Assembly (NCBI GenBank): GCA_013265495.1
Contig: MU060072.1
Location: 2,548,356-2,612,355, forward strand
DNA: 64,000 nucleotides
From: Vicugna vicugna
Lineage: Eukaryota
Direction: 5' to 3'
Shown: piece by piece, positions 11,129 through 23,790 of the stretch
Layout: the number at the start of each line of letters is the position of its first letter
Numbering within the stretch: position 1 is the stretch's first letter
Program-made: the position numbers and the translations under genes
The notes under the pieces: model-generated
Seen by the model: the letters and a program-made list of their open reading frames with translations, nothing else
Told to the model about the DNA's origin: nothing
Databases searched by the model: none

Positions 11129-12793
11129 NNNAAACAGCAACTCGCAAGGAGGTGAGTGGTTTCATCCAGGATGAACCTTTTTTTTTTCACTCTGACAGTT
11201 ACTTTAAAACATCGGTAAACAACCTTAATTCACTTCTAACAAATTAGTAGGCGACTGCTGTGTCTCCAGGAGGCAAGCAGATTGTATTATTAACCAAAAC
11301 CACTTTCTCCCTGTCAATCATCTGCACCTCACACAGGGACGTGGGCTTTGCTGTGTCACGACGCAAACCTATCCATGGGCATCCATGGTTCCAGATGATT
11401 CCTTCGAGGTCATTCTCTTCCAGACCTTTGATTAGATCTCTTGATTCTGAGATGCAGAATGGGGCCTGCAGAAGGGAGACTCTCAGTACTGCTTGTTAAG
11501 AAAGATAAAGACAGTGAGAACCTTCCAGAGGGTACAGAGTTGGGAAGTCTTGGCAGACAAGTTCTGCTTGCGGAGGGAAGGGTCGCAGACAAAGACCACT
11601 TTACAGGAGACCCAATAAGTTCCACCAAACACTTGAAAGGGGTCACTTTGGAGAAGGAAGCCTGGTGCTTTGTAGGAATGAATAGTAAAATTAGGATCCA
11701 AGTGTGGAAGATACGGAGTGGGTAGATTTGGGTTCAACTCAAGACAGAATGCTGTAACTGAGAGGTAGTAGGTCTGCCTCTGGGGGCGCCTGGGCACCCA
11801 TCAGATGGCATCCTCAGAACTGGCCAAGAACTAGGACTAGAGATGAGATGTGCATGGACCTTCCCAGATACAAGACTTTACAGCCCCGTGAATTTCAGGG
11901 TGAATCAATAAAATGGGCTTCAATCAGCAGTCACAATCATTTTTAAATTTCTCTATGTTTGGAGTCTTTAAAGGGTGATGGCCACCCTTTAACTATGCAC
12001 AGACCATGGGTTAAGCTAGGCACGTGGTTGGCCATTCTACGGCTGTCCATTACAACACCAGACCATTGGCTGTCCTAACAAAATTAAAATATGTCCCGTG
12101 CAGCAGAGAAAATCAGCTGAAGCAGTTGCTTTGGGGATTACACAGTTTCTGCTCACTCTCTAGCTTTGTGGCTTGCAGCCCTTGGTCATTCCGTGGACAG
12201 GAGGCCACTCCCAAGTCACCTGGGCCATCACATGGCCAGTGAGGGGTGATCTACACTTAAATTCACCACTGCAGTTGGCCTGCTGCCCCACACCAAGTCT
12301 GGAAACATAATACTTAGCAATTTGTCTAAAAGATGGCTGGTTCAGTTTCATCATTAACAAAACATTGCTGACTTCAGTGAAACATTCAGTGTCTCCCCGA
12401 AACCAACCATTGCTTTGAGACACAAACGGACTGCTCAAAACACAGAGTTAAATGCAAATCAGAAAGAAAGGGAGAGAGAGGTGAAGGAAGAGAAATAAAG
12501 ATACCGTGCATTCATATTCAGGATTTATAACAACATTTTAAACACAATATGCACACATGTATTCTTCCAAATTGTCTAGTAAACATTGACTGAATATTTG
12601 GGGAGTGGGGGTGGGGTCAGGCTTTTCTACATCCAACATATTAACAAATCATTAGAGAGTTCAGAAATATTAAATTCTTCAAAGGAAGTCACATTATCCA
12701 TATCTGGGTGTGAAACTTGGTGTTACTGATTTCCTAATACAGCAAGAACAGACATCTGGTATGTGCACTTTGCAGTAACAGAACAGAACNNNN

Positions 12794-12934
12794 NNNNNNN
12801 NNNNNNNNNNNNNNNNNNNNNNNNNNNNNNNNNNNNNNNNNNNNNNNNNNNNNNNNNNNNNNNNNNNNNNNNNNNNNNNNNNNNNNNNNNNNNNNNNNNN
12901 NNNNNNNNNNNNNNNNNNNNNNNNNNNNNNNNNN
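12794..12934 (-). CDS. Inferred ~141-nt internal exon, fully masked
   Basis: Mask 12790-12937; upstream gtaattgattctcctattg|N fits TTG|CAG; downstream N|gttctg fits GTRA|GT. Confidence 0.55.
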
Positions 12935-13899
12935 NNNCAATAGGAGAATCAATTACTGGTCTGTTACAGTGAATGAATTCAGTAACAGGAGGGCAAGAAT
13001 CACAACCTTCACCTTCCCTGTCAGAATGCAACGTGACCACCCGTCTTTGCCTTGGGGACTGATATTTCCCAAGAAAATTCCACCACAATCCGAATGTCTT
13101 AAACACATATCACCCCGGGTAAGACAGGGCTGAGTATAACCCCTTGGTCCAAAGAGCTCGGAGACCAATATTCCTTTAATACCCCCCAAAAAATAAATAA
13201 ATAAAAATAAAAAATAAAAAAAAAAGAAAGCTTCCTATATCCAGTTCAAACAAGGAGGAAAAATTAGATTGACAAAATACAATCAACCAACTAAAATTTG
13301 GCCTGAAAATAATGTTACTACTATTCAGTTTGTTATATATGTACTTATGTTCACATGTCAGCATATGGACTTGTCTTTAAAAATTATTCCAAGGAAGTCA
13401 GAAGCTTCAGAAGTAATCTCGCTAACAGCATTTTTAGAAGGGTATATTTTTAACAGTGCTTTCTAGGACACCCCATCCTTTCTGCCACTCTCAGGCCATT
13501 GACTCACGCATTGACCAAATAACCAGTATTCACCGAGTTCTGACTATGTATAAGGTTAGCACTCCATGCAGTTTTTGGAGGACCAAAAATGTGTATGACA
13601 CAGGCCCCATCATCAAGAAGCTTACAATTTTATGGTTCAGTGATTTGAGTTACAGTGACAAGCATTCTGATCTAAAACTCTCTGGAAAATTTGATGGTTT
13701 CTGGACACTCCTGGTGAGTCACAGACACCAGTCCCAGAAGAATGGCTCCTTTGGGGAATATTCTCAGAAGAGATGAGCCTGGGCTCTGTGTATGAGCCAT
13801 ACAACTGGGAGTTACAGAAATGCTAAAAGATGTTTTTCCTTCAAAGCGTCTGCCCCAGAGTCTTCCCAAAGCCCGTAATTTGAGGGTCATGCCCTCTCC

Positions 13900-14315
13900 C
13901 ACTGTCTTCACCTTTGCAGCCCCTGACCTCTTTGCTTCTCTCCAAACACCTAAACTCAGGATCTTCACGTCCTCAGCTGTTCCCTCCTTTTGGGATAATC
14001 TAGCTGCAGGTATTTCCGTGATCTCTGCTCGTGCACCTGCTCAGCGAGGTCTCTCCTGAACACCTATCAAATATAGCTGCTGTTCGTCAGGCTCCGACCC
14101 CTCACTGTTCTTCCTCTGTCTTCACAAAGCTCACCACAAGCTAACATTATGTGGTCCACCCCTTCCCTTGTTTTCCTATGCCCAACCCCCCACGAGGATA
14201 TAGGCTCCACGAAAACTGATATCCTGAGAGCAGTAAAAATCCATGAGGCAGTGTTTGTCCACCACTAAATCCTCGGGTCAAAATGTCACCTAAATATTGG
14301 CTGAACGAGTGAATC
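13900..14315 (+). mobile_element. L2 3' region
   Basis: Pyrimidine-rich L2-like body ending aaatattggctgaacgagtgaat. Confidence 0.55.
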
Positions 14316-17300
14316 ACACGTGGAACCGGGTGCTCTGCTTTCCCCTGTGGCTCCTTTTAATCTCACTGGGACACTACTGTAATTACTAATAAATATATCT
14401 CAAAACTAAATCATAAGAGATTTTTCCACCTAAAGGGAGAAAAAAAAATTCCACAAATACTCGATGAAATGTTCCTGAAAAAATATAATAAACACCCATT
14501 TGTATCATTTTCCCATCTCCGGATGGCTCGAGCACTGGGCCAAGGGTCAGGGAACCTTGTTCTCCACCCAGCACCACTGCGGGCTGCTCTGTGGCGCTGA
14601 CCCCTTCACCCTCCTGAGGCTTTGTCTCCCAATGGCAAAATAAGAAAGCTTAAGTAGCTTATTTCCATGGCTCCTTCTGGCTCGGAACCTAGGGAGTTCA
14701 ACATACAGGGGATGGGCCGGATGTATTTTTACATCTCCTGATTTCATACCACTTTCTAAGTATCAGCTTATCTCAAAGGCAACCAGGTCATTTCCTACGA
14801 AGCAAGAAGGAATCCCAGAGGGAAGGACCGGATTATCTAACCATACCTACAAGCATGTATTTTGGACAAACACGCAGGTATCACTGAAAGCTCATTGCCT
14901 CCCTATTATCACACCACCAACATACAACACACATGCAAACAAAGATGCCACATCAGCTGTTTATGACACCTTGAGTCACAGACACCTCACCAGGGTCGCT
15001 AAACAGATTTCCTGTTTACTTGCACATTAATAAAACGCACACCGTCGCCCGTCAGAATTTTTTTCCCCAAGCATCTGAACATCCGAAGAGATTTAGAAGC
15101 AATTAACATCCACGAGTAACAGAGCAATCAACATGGGAATCGCTAATGGGACTGGACAGCATCCAAAAGCAGATATTAGGGTAATAGTGAGCCCCTGACA
15201 CAGGTTATGGTGTTAATTCTGGAGGCCAGGCTCGTGGTACGTTTTCAATAGCTTTGTGCGGCTGCTGCCACAGTCACATATGCCTCTTCTATATATGGTT
15301 CCTAGCCCTGCCCCGACGACATACTTTTTTTTTTAAACTGCTATTGAAAAGAAGGCATTTTTGCATTGTTATAACACAACCTCTAGCATTAACGGTATAT
15401 ACTGAATTCAAGTTTATTTTTAAATTGCCTACCTGACAAAAATGTTAAAATGTCATTTTTTACCCACTTTGGGTCTCTAGACTATCTTCTCCTGTTAGCT
15501 CTTGTAGCTAGAGGCCACAAAAATAATAGCTAGGAATTTCCACCTTGACGCTTCCCAGGTAACTTCTGCCACTTGCTTGTGTGCACACAGGTTCCTACGT
15601 CCCTAGTACACAGGATGACACGAGCACTCCTGTCCCAACCAGCTCTATGCCTGCCTCCTTGTCAGTTTTTCTGACCTGTTTTCATAAATATCACTCCAGA
15701 AATCAGCACACACACACCTCCTTTATTTCCCCCTACCGGGAAAGTCTTTGGGTAACAGAGAATGTTTCCACCGTTACTCTTTCTGCCTTCCATTTTCTAG
15801 CCTTCAATCTCTCATCTAAAATGCCAATGCCAGGCAAGGCAAGTCTATCTTTACCTCCCCTTGGACCACATTCCTGAATCCCTGCCCTGGCTCTTCTCCT
15901 GAAGGCTCAACCTTCAGAGGCTGGACCTCCCCAGATTCAAACATGCCTCTCAGTCCTCAGCTCCCCTGCCAGCCTTCCTCCGGGGTCATCTGGTCTCTCT
16001 CATGATCGAGACATTCACCTCTAATCACGGGACACCTCCCCGTGTGTCTGGACTCTGGGCCCCACGCAGGCAGAAAACCTGATTTATTCCCATTTCTGAC
16101 CTTGGATGTAATTAATCACTGCCTATTAGGGTTGCTTCATTCCGTGTGGCCTAAGAAAACACAAGCTCTAGCAAATTTGTTCCAATTTGGGCTTTTAAAT
16201 TTTTTCAACTGCTTCAACATTAGACACGAGTAAATGATTAGATAAACACCATTCATTTTGATGATACCAGTTTTCCGGTTATTCTGTTGCATTCATGCTC
16301 TATGCCATTTCTTTCTCCTTCTGCTTTGCTGTGTGTAGTTATGCAAGGGTCTCTTTCTTCTAACAATCCAGCTTTTTCCCCCTTCACCTCCCCCCCCCCA
16401 CACACACACCTATTATGAAACCGTATCCCGACATAAGGCTGAGGTTTAGTCCTTGAATACCATCAGCCGGTGATGCACAGTCTGCCGCCACCAGGCTGTG
16501 TGCGATGAAAGCCTGTTTTGACCAAGATTTTATACAACAGAACCCAAATTGAGGGGAAGGTATCAAGAGACCCAGACCTAAGAATCCCTCACTTCATCTC
16601 TGCGGCAAGCAGTTTCGTATCCCCTGAGCCAGCCCCAGTGCTGGGAGACCCAAGCCACCAGGAGCCTCCCCTGCACACACATCTCAATCATCACCCACCC
16701 CCACCCCCGCCCCAACTCCCTCCCCACTCCAAGTAGCAGCAGCAGCTGAGATTAAAGTGCTTCTGGGGCTATGGTAATCCAATCAGGGCTGGGCTTGCTT
16801 CAATCTCTACCATTCGGTTGGAAAACATTTTGGCAGGATGCCTTTCAACTACACTCTGCATTCCGCACTGGTCCCGTGCTCACTTCTGACGGCTCCGCTC
16901 TGCAGAAATGAAGGTGGCCACTGCCTGCCCTGCCCAGGGAGCAGGGTTTCACGTGCCTTCTCAAACCGCAGGATGTCAGAAGCACTCCTGCCATCAGGGA
17001 GTAAAGACTCTGCTGTGTGTGTGTGAGAGTGAAAGAGAGAGATTTTTGACGCACCCACCTACAGATAGTAAGGGCAGGGGCAAATACGGCACAAACACAT
17101 AGATTTTCTTTAACTTTAAAGATTAAAGGAAACCCATTTTTCAACCCTTTGCCTTACATAAAATATTCCACTCCATCTATATTAGTCAAGGTTTTTCAGG
17201 GGTCCTTATCCTTTCCAGATGCCTTTGGCTGTCAGATGAAATCTATGGACCCCTTCTAAAAAGAATGGTTTTTAAAGGATCACAAAGGAGATTAATTATA

Positions 17301-17715
17301 TTGAAACAGTTTTCCATCCCAAGTTAAGAAGCCCAGCAGGGCGTGGTTTTAGTGGATGGGAAGTAGAGCTGTTGTCTGGGTTTTTATGTTGTTGTTTTTT
17401 TTTAACTTGGGATTTCTGCTGGAGAGACTTGTGCTGTGAGAGTGACAGGCTGTCACAGAAAGCAGAAAGTGGCGGCTTTGTCCTTGTGACTATACACCTT
17501 CCTGTACACAGGCTTTGTAGCTGTTTCTGTCTTGCAAACAGCCTGCACCCATTAACCCAGAGCCCTTCAATATTTGCTATACTGGAATAGTTCAGAATGT
17601 AGACTTCCTTTATTTACAGCCCTAAGTAGGTTTTAACTACTCCTGAGAGAGAAGCAGACTAATAAAGAAAGCAATCTGAGGAGTTTGGAGAAAGTAGAAG
17701 TAATGGTAAAAACAT

Positions 17716-17940
17716 GTATTCAACCATTTATTCTTTCACCAAATATTTACTGAGCACCTTCTCTAGATTCACAGTTGTGAATAAAGGACCTACAAAACTT
17801 TCCCCCAAGGAGTTCGCATCCAAATGTGGGGATATACCCTGTGAGCAACAGAAGGAAATGTAAAACAAGTACACATATGTCTAGTGGTGATAAATGCTAT
17901 GGAGAAAAAAAAAAGCAGAGGAGGTTAGGGAGTGTAAGGA
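17716..17940 (-). mobile_element. L2 3' end
   Basis: attcaaccatttattctttcaccaaatatttactgagcacc...gtggtgataaatgctatggagaaaa. Confidence 0.75.
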
Positions 17941-18050
17941 CATGAATTCATACTTCATATAGCATTTATTTCCCCACTGCATGTCACTAAATATTTGAGG
18001 CCAAGCTCCCACTATGTTTCAGGCCCTGAAAATGATCCTGGGGAANNNNN

Positions 18051-18170
18051 NNNNNNNNNNNNNNNNNNNNNNNNNNNNNNNNNNNNNNNNNNNNNNNNNN
18101 NNNNNNNNNNNNNNNNNNNNNNNNNNNNNNNNNNNNNNNNNNNNNNNNNNNNNNNNNNNNNNNNNNNNNN
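18051..18170 (-). CDS. Inferred ~120-nt internal exon, fully masked
   Basis: Mask 18046-18173; downstream N|ttcccc fits GTRAG|T; upstream flank has only a weak pyrimidine tract (gtgtgtgatatgtg|N). Confidence 0.35.
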
Positions 18171-19668
18171 NNNCACATATCACACACCTGATTTCCAATT
18201 ATTCGCATGTGGAAGGTATGCAGGCTTCACCAAGAGGGGTCTATGTGTAATGGTGCTGATTGCAGTTTCTTTTAAAGGGCAAATGATGAATGCCTCTAAA
18301 GGGTCCTCAAAGTGGGAAGGGTGCAGCGGCGCGGGGTCTGTGTCTGCTGTGCTGACGGGCATGAGTGTTGGCAGCATTGAGAGCTCTGGCACAGGGTCCA
18401 CAAACATGGTCCTTTCCCAGCTCCTCCACGTACCTCACTGACTGGCCATAAGCAAGTTATACCCTCTCTTTGAGTTTTAAGATCCTCATTTACAAAGTGA
18501 GGATCCCACGTGCTGTGGGTTCAAGGGCAGCCAAGCAAGGAGTGGCAGCATAGTGCCTGGCCTGAGGGAACTGACAGACAAGCCCTTGCCTCCTTCATCT
18601 TCTCATCCAGGAAAAAGACAAGGACACCCGAAATGCAAACAAAAGACCGTGCGCCCAGGGGAAGGCGACAGTAACTGCTTCTGCTCATTTGTTTTCTTTG
18701 TTTTTGTGACCCCAGTAGTTCTAGGGAATATTAGACGGTACTTTTTAAAAAAAGTCCACAGTCAAATAAGTTTCAGAAACAACAAAGGAAATGAAGTAAC
18801 ATGAGTCTCTCTAGTTCAGGCTTTCCTGCTCTGTAACACGTGGATGTGCATCACCACAAAACTCTAAGAAATGCGCACAAGTGTTTCCCAACTTATTTGA
18901 CCCGGGAACTCTTTGGCAAATCCTATGTGACAGCTGTTCAATGGAACTGACTTTGGCAAATGTGGATTTGCTCCAAGAACAAACGAATCAAAAGATAAGG
19001 AATCTATACCCTGTCTGGTTCTGATGTGGTCTGATGGCTTTCTTTGAAAAGGCAGACTCGGGCGTATTTTCTGCAAACCAAGAAAGCCTGGGAGTGGCGT
19101 TTCCTTTCCACTGGACCACGGCAACTTCTCCTTTTCCTGTAAAAAGAAGTCTTATTCTGGGACCACAGCACATTTGGGGAAAGTGTCGGCAACATCTGAA
19201 CACTTCTCATTCCCTAGGACAGGTAATTCCCCTATTTTCTGCAATAAATGGGCTCTTAAAACGAGTTTTGTTAATCACTCTTTTGAAAGCCAGATCCTCT
19301 TCTGGCTACACGGGGAAACCTGCTGCTTAAAGTCACCCCAGGTTTTCTTTATTATCCAAATGCTTCACTGTAAGTGTGCATTACTTTCATAAACAGAAAC
19401 TCCATGCTGGGGGAAAAAAAAGAAAAGAAATTCTATAGAGATATGTTGATACACCAATAGTAAGTCCAAAAATTACCTACTTGTACATGAAGATTTTTAT
19501 ATATGGGGCTTTTTATGATGATCTTACTTAACATTGGTACACTAGATAAATCCGAAGCAGAAGGGGGAAGCAAGGGGGAAACGAGGTTCCAAAATTCTTC
19601 CTCCCCCGTGCTTAGAATTCAATCTCAGGAGGAGGAAATCGCCCACTCTCTCATTCTCCAAGGCAAAG

Positions 19669-19790
19669 GAAGAGAGAGGGAGAGAGGGAGGAAAGGCAGG
19701 AGGAAGGGAGGAAGGGAAGGAAGGAAGGAAGAAACAAAGAAACAAACAAAGAAAGAACGAACTAGAGACACACAGAGAAAGAAAGCAAGA
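19669..19790 (+). repeat. GA/GGAA-rich low-complexity tract
   Basis: ggaagagagagggagagagggaggaaaggcaggaggaagggaggaagggaaggaaggaagg... Confidence 0.85.
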
Positions 19791-20339
19791 GTTGTTGAGA
19801 CTGCTACGGTGAGGGGAGGGAAACACAAGCCCACAGATTAAGTTGACCCAAGTCAATACAAAAGGCTTTGTGCAAGGGCTCTGGCATTAATGGGATTTGG
19901 TCTGCTAAAGCCCTGCGAATCAAGTACAGAACATAACCATAGATGCCGGAGTTATTTTTGAAATGGATGTCTTAAGTAATATGAAGCTTAACTAGCAGGG
20001 ACACACTCGTGGTATTTTGCATGACTGCTGCCGGCTGGTGGCCCGGCTGGGAACCGGAGCTGCCCAATTAGCAGCAGCCTCCCACCTGGGACAGGACCAA
20101 CTAGGGGAGCCTTGACCCAGAGGTGAGCCTCGGAGGAGCTGGTGTGTGTTTCAGCAGGGAGACTGTGCTGCATCCTTTCTGCTGCAGATGATGTACCTGG
20201 AGGCGGACGATCTGAGCTTGGGAACCTGGGGACCTTGGTTTAGAATCAAGCTTTCCCTCTTTCCGTCAACCTTACATCAGCGTCTCCAAAGTGTCTGCAA
20301 CCATCTAGGGTCTTGAAGATCCCAGGAAGGACCACCCAA

Positions 20340-20600
20340 AGCCTCTGCTCTCAAAGAGCCTACATTCTCCTGGAAGATGGGAAGCCAGCATATAAATAAG
20401 AATCTCTGTCAGTAATAAGACCCATTTAAGAAAATCAAAAAGGAAAGCGGGAGAAAGGGCTCCGGGGCAGGGAAAAAGTGCTCAGGGAAGACAGCTCTGA
20501 AGAAGAAATGCTGAAGCTAAGACTCCAATAACCAGGAGGACCCCACCCTGCAAAGACCTGGGGAAAGAACAGTGCAGGAGGAGGGAGCGAGCCAGTCTTC
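20340..20600 (-). mobile_element. L2 fragment
   Basis: ggagcctacattctcctgg...ctctgaagaagaaatgctgaagctaagactc...gcaaagacctggggaaagaacagtgcagg. Confidence 0.55.
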
Positions 20601-22008
20601 CACCAGACTCAGCAGAGAACACCATCGTCCCTTACTTCCAACCAGCTAAGCTTCCGGCAATACTAAATTCAAAAGCTCACAGACATGTTTAATTTCAAAA
20701 TCTTAAATTGCGTACAATGCCTGCTAGGAAAATCTATCCCGAAACTTGGGATATTTTTAGAATGGTCCACTTCAGTTGCTTCAAGTACTTTTTTTCCCTG
20801 TTCAACCAGAAGACCCAAACAGTCCAGGTACAGCAGCCTCCCCTAAATACCCAAAACTGCATTCATCAGCCACTTTTTAAAAATCGGATCTTACTCCAAA
20901 GCTGAATGACTTGATTACTCCCCTAACAGAATACATTATGCTGATTACGGGATTATTCACGTGCCATTTCGAAGAGGTTGGGCAACATTCCTCAACATTC
21001 CACCCACCAACAAATAGAGCCGAGAAAGTGGAAAATGTGATGCTAATATTCAAACGTCCTCCATGTCCTGATACCATGATAAAATTCTTCTGCACTCTTT
21101 TTTTTTTTTAACTGATGTTTTTTAAAAAAGGGAGACAGGGGTAGTTATTTTGGTACAATACAGCTCAGAGAGAATAAAAGAAAAAAGCACCAGCAGGGGC
21201 CCAAATATGAGGTTGTTTCTAGGATCTGACACACACGAGGCACTCAGTAAACGTAGGTTTCTCTCCCCAGACTCCTTGCCTGAGTGTACGCTGAGCATTG
21301 ATTTTTATATCAATAATTTGCCAATAACATATTCATTGGCTCCTTTTTTTATACCTGTCAGTGTAGGGTGGTGCTTTCAACCTGCTGATCATTGATTCAC
21401 CTTCATCAATTCATAAGAATAGCTCGGGGTGAGAACAGGGGTGAGGAGGTGGAAGCTTTATCGCCGTTGTTCACTGCTAATCGATGGTTAGCATTTTATG
21501 CTCAAGACAGTCAAATTCATATTATTTTACATTTTAAAAGTTTTTAAAGGAGCATTTAGTAAAAGCCAAAATGAAAACAGGGCATGGCAAGTTCAAATAA
21601 GCCATAAGTTAGACAACGAAGCATAATTCTACTGAATACCATTGTATGAGCTAATCAACGTGTCATTTTTTTTTTCCTATCGGCATCTATTTACTGTCAT
21701 ATAATTTCCATAAGGGCACCATCTGTATTTATAGAAAGAATTATCTTTGTGGTGACCTAGCAATCTACAAACAATGGTGATATTTCACTTTTCTTAGGGG
21801 ATCAATTTTAGAATGGGGTTAAAGGATTTATAAGTCTCTTTTTCATGATGAACCAGACGGACAAGGGCTTATTCATACATCCCTGTGATGTTAGAAGCAC
21901 ACGAAATAAACAAAATAAAAACAACAACAACAGCATGTAATTTTGACTTATTAAAATGTAAAGTTCTAGATCTTGACATGCACTTCTGGGGGGTTTTCTT
22001 GTCTTTAA

Positions 22009-22080
22009 TTTTTTAAAATTGAGGTATAGTTGATGTACAATATCATATTAGTGTCAGGTGTGACATGTGCATTTTTTTAA
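22009..22080 (-). mobile_element. Short L1 3' terminus
   Basis: ttttaaaattgaggtatagttgatgtacaatatcatattagtgtcaggtgt is the reverse of a laurasiatherian L1 3' end. Confidence 0.65.
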
Positions 22081-23468
22081 TCAAGCAGGATGAGTCCCTA
22101 CTACAAAGTCTAGTAAAATAATCACAGACAAAAAATTTTTTTTTCCATTTTGGCTGAAAGGGTGGGTTAATTTTCGGCGTGATTTGATTTGGTGCCCCAT
22201 GGCTCAGACGGTACCCAGTATTTGCCAAGGTCACTGCCTTGAGTTTAATCAGGATCCAGCCAGCTCACTCAGTTATGACACATGATCAAACACTGCCTTG
22301 TCCAGCTCTCAGTGCTGGCCCTGCAAGGGCAAGTCACTGGCTTAAGGATGGCTAGTCAAGCCGGTGGGGATGAGTCAGCTAACCCCTCACCACTGACAGG
22401 ATAGAAATTCATAACAGAAGCCCTTCCGTTGGACACAGACTTCATAGATACACGACAAAACAAGGGTGCAGGGAGAGATTTGTTTAAAGGATTTCTACGG
22501 CTCCCAGGTAGGACCTCACAGAGAGCAGTTTGGTTTCACCTCAGCCTGGAGTCAATTCCAAGAGCAAGATGCAGTTTGAGAGAATCAATCCAAGGCAAAA
22601 TTCTCACTCTTGCTGAGGATGCAAATTTCTCCACTAATAATCAATTGCTTTGTAAATTTAATTTTAAACAAGGTTTAGAAGGATTATGATTAAAAATCTA
22701 TATGACATACTAACCAACAAAATAAAAAAGCAAAATGCAAACTAATATTTACACTTCATTGATTGATTCCTTAACTGTACATGTTCACAGATTTCTACCA
22801 AATACCAAGGACTATATTAAGTAACAGGTACAGTGAACAGAAAAGACACAGCCTCTGCCCTCCTGGAGCTTATTGTCTTTAAAAAAAAAATGTGTGAATG
22901 AGCAATTGAGTAGAAATTCACTAAATCATATTAGTGATTTATTTAAGACATGTAATTTCTCTGTTTCTTCTCACTAATATAGTTTTGTTGCTTTTAAAAT
23001 CTAAAACATTTATTTCTTTTTTGATTATGCACTGGAGCCAGGAAGTAATCTTTGTGGATTTGAGGGGTTTTTTAATTTGTTTTTTGTTTGTTTTTTGAAA
23101 TGTTATTCATTGAAATGTTAACATTTGAAGAAACTTTGATCACTGAATATCTGAAAAATGTTAATAAAATAGAGAATGTTTAGGGAAACATAACCAAAAA
23201 ACATATTCACCAGTGGAAAATGGATCTTCTTAGGGAGGGATAAGGAATCAGGCTCATTTATCCCATTTATCTTTGTGGGGAATGAACTCTGGAATCAGTA
23301 AAGTTCTATATTCAAGTCCTGGCTCTCCCACTGTGTAGGGAGAACCTCTCCACATCTCAGTTTCCCTATTCATAAAACGGGTGGAGAAAAGAATTATGTG
23401 AGTATGGTGAATGTAAATAGCGTAGCTTGTAATCCTTGATCCACTTGTTGGCTGCCTTCATGAGCAGA

Positions 23469-23500
<32 letters not shown>
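23469..23500 (+). repeat. (CAT)10 microsatellite
   Basis: Directly visible perfect trinucleotide run. Confidence 0.97.
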
Positions 23501-23584
23501 CAAAAAAAATTCATAATCCGATGTGATAAAGAGCTGCTTTAGAGTATCCTGGTGGTAACCACAAAGGAAGCAGGTAACAATCTA

Positions 23585-23790
23585 TCCTGAGAAAACACTA
23601 GAATTTAAGTCAGAAGTCCCTGGTTCAAATCCTAGCTCTTCTCATGCATGTTAATTTGTGCCAACTTGGATAAGCTCTTAAACTTCTCAGTCTCGGTTTT
23701 CCCAGCTCTAAAATGGACCTAATAGAACTTATTTAATGAGATAATACATAAGGAAGGCCCACATACATCCTACACATAATCTCATTGAAT
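23585..23790 (+). mobile_element. MIR SINE
   Basis: aagtcagaagtccctggttcaaatcctagctct...ctcagtctcggttttcccagctctaaaatgg. Confidence 0.75.

Noticed and set aside
10992-11157. Plus-strand gene model for the N-blocks (GAG|GTGAGT at 11152; tttcag| at 18022; ttggccta|N at 39934; tttacacaca|N at 28569)
   Set aside because: Individual blocks fit the plus strand, but the purine-rich left flanks at 52487 and 62201 and the weak ones at 3774 and 25816 do not. The minus strand fits nearly all blocks. Not fully excluded for single blocks.
18481-18505. Small hairpin gatcctca...tgaggatc
   Set aside because: It lies within a decayed MIR, is short, and is expected by chance.
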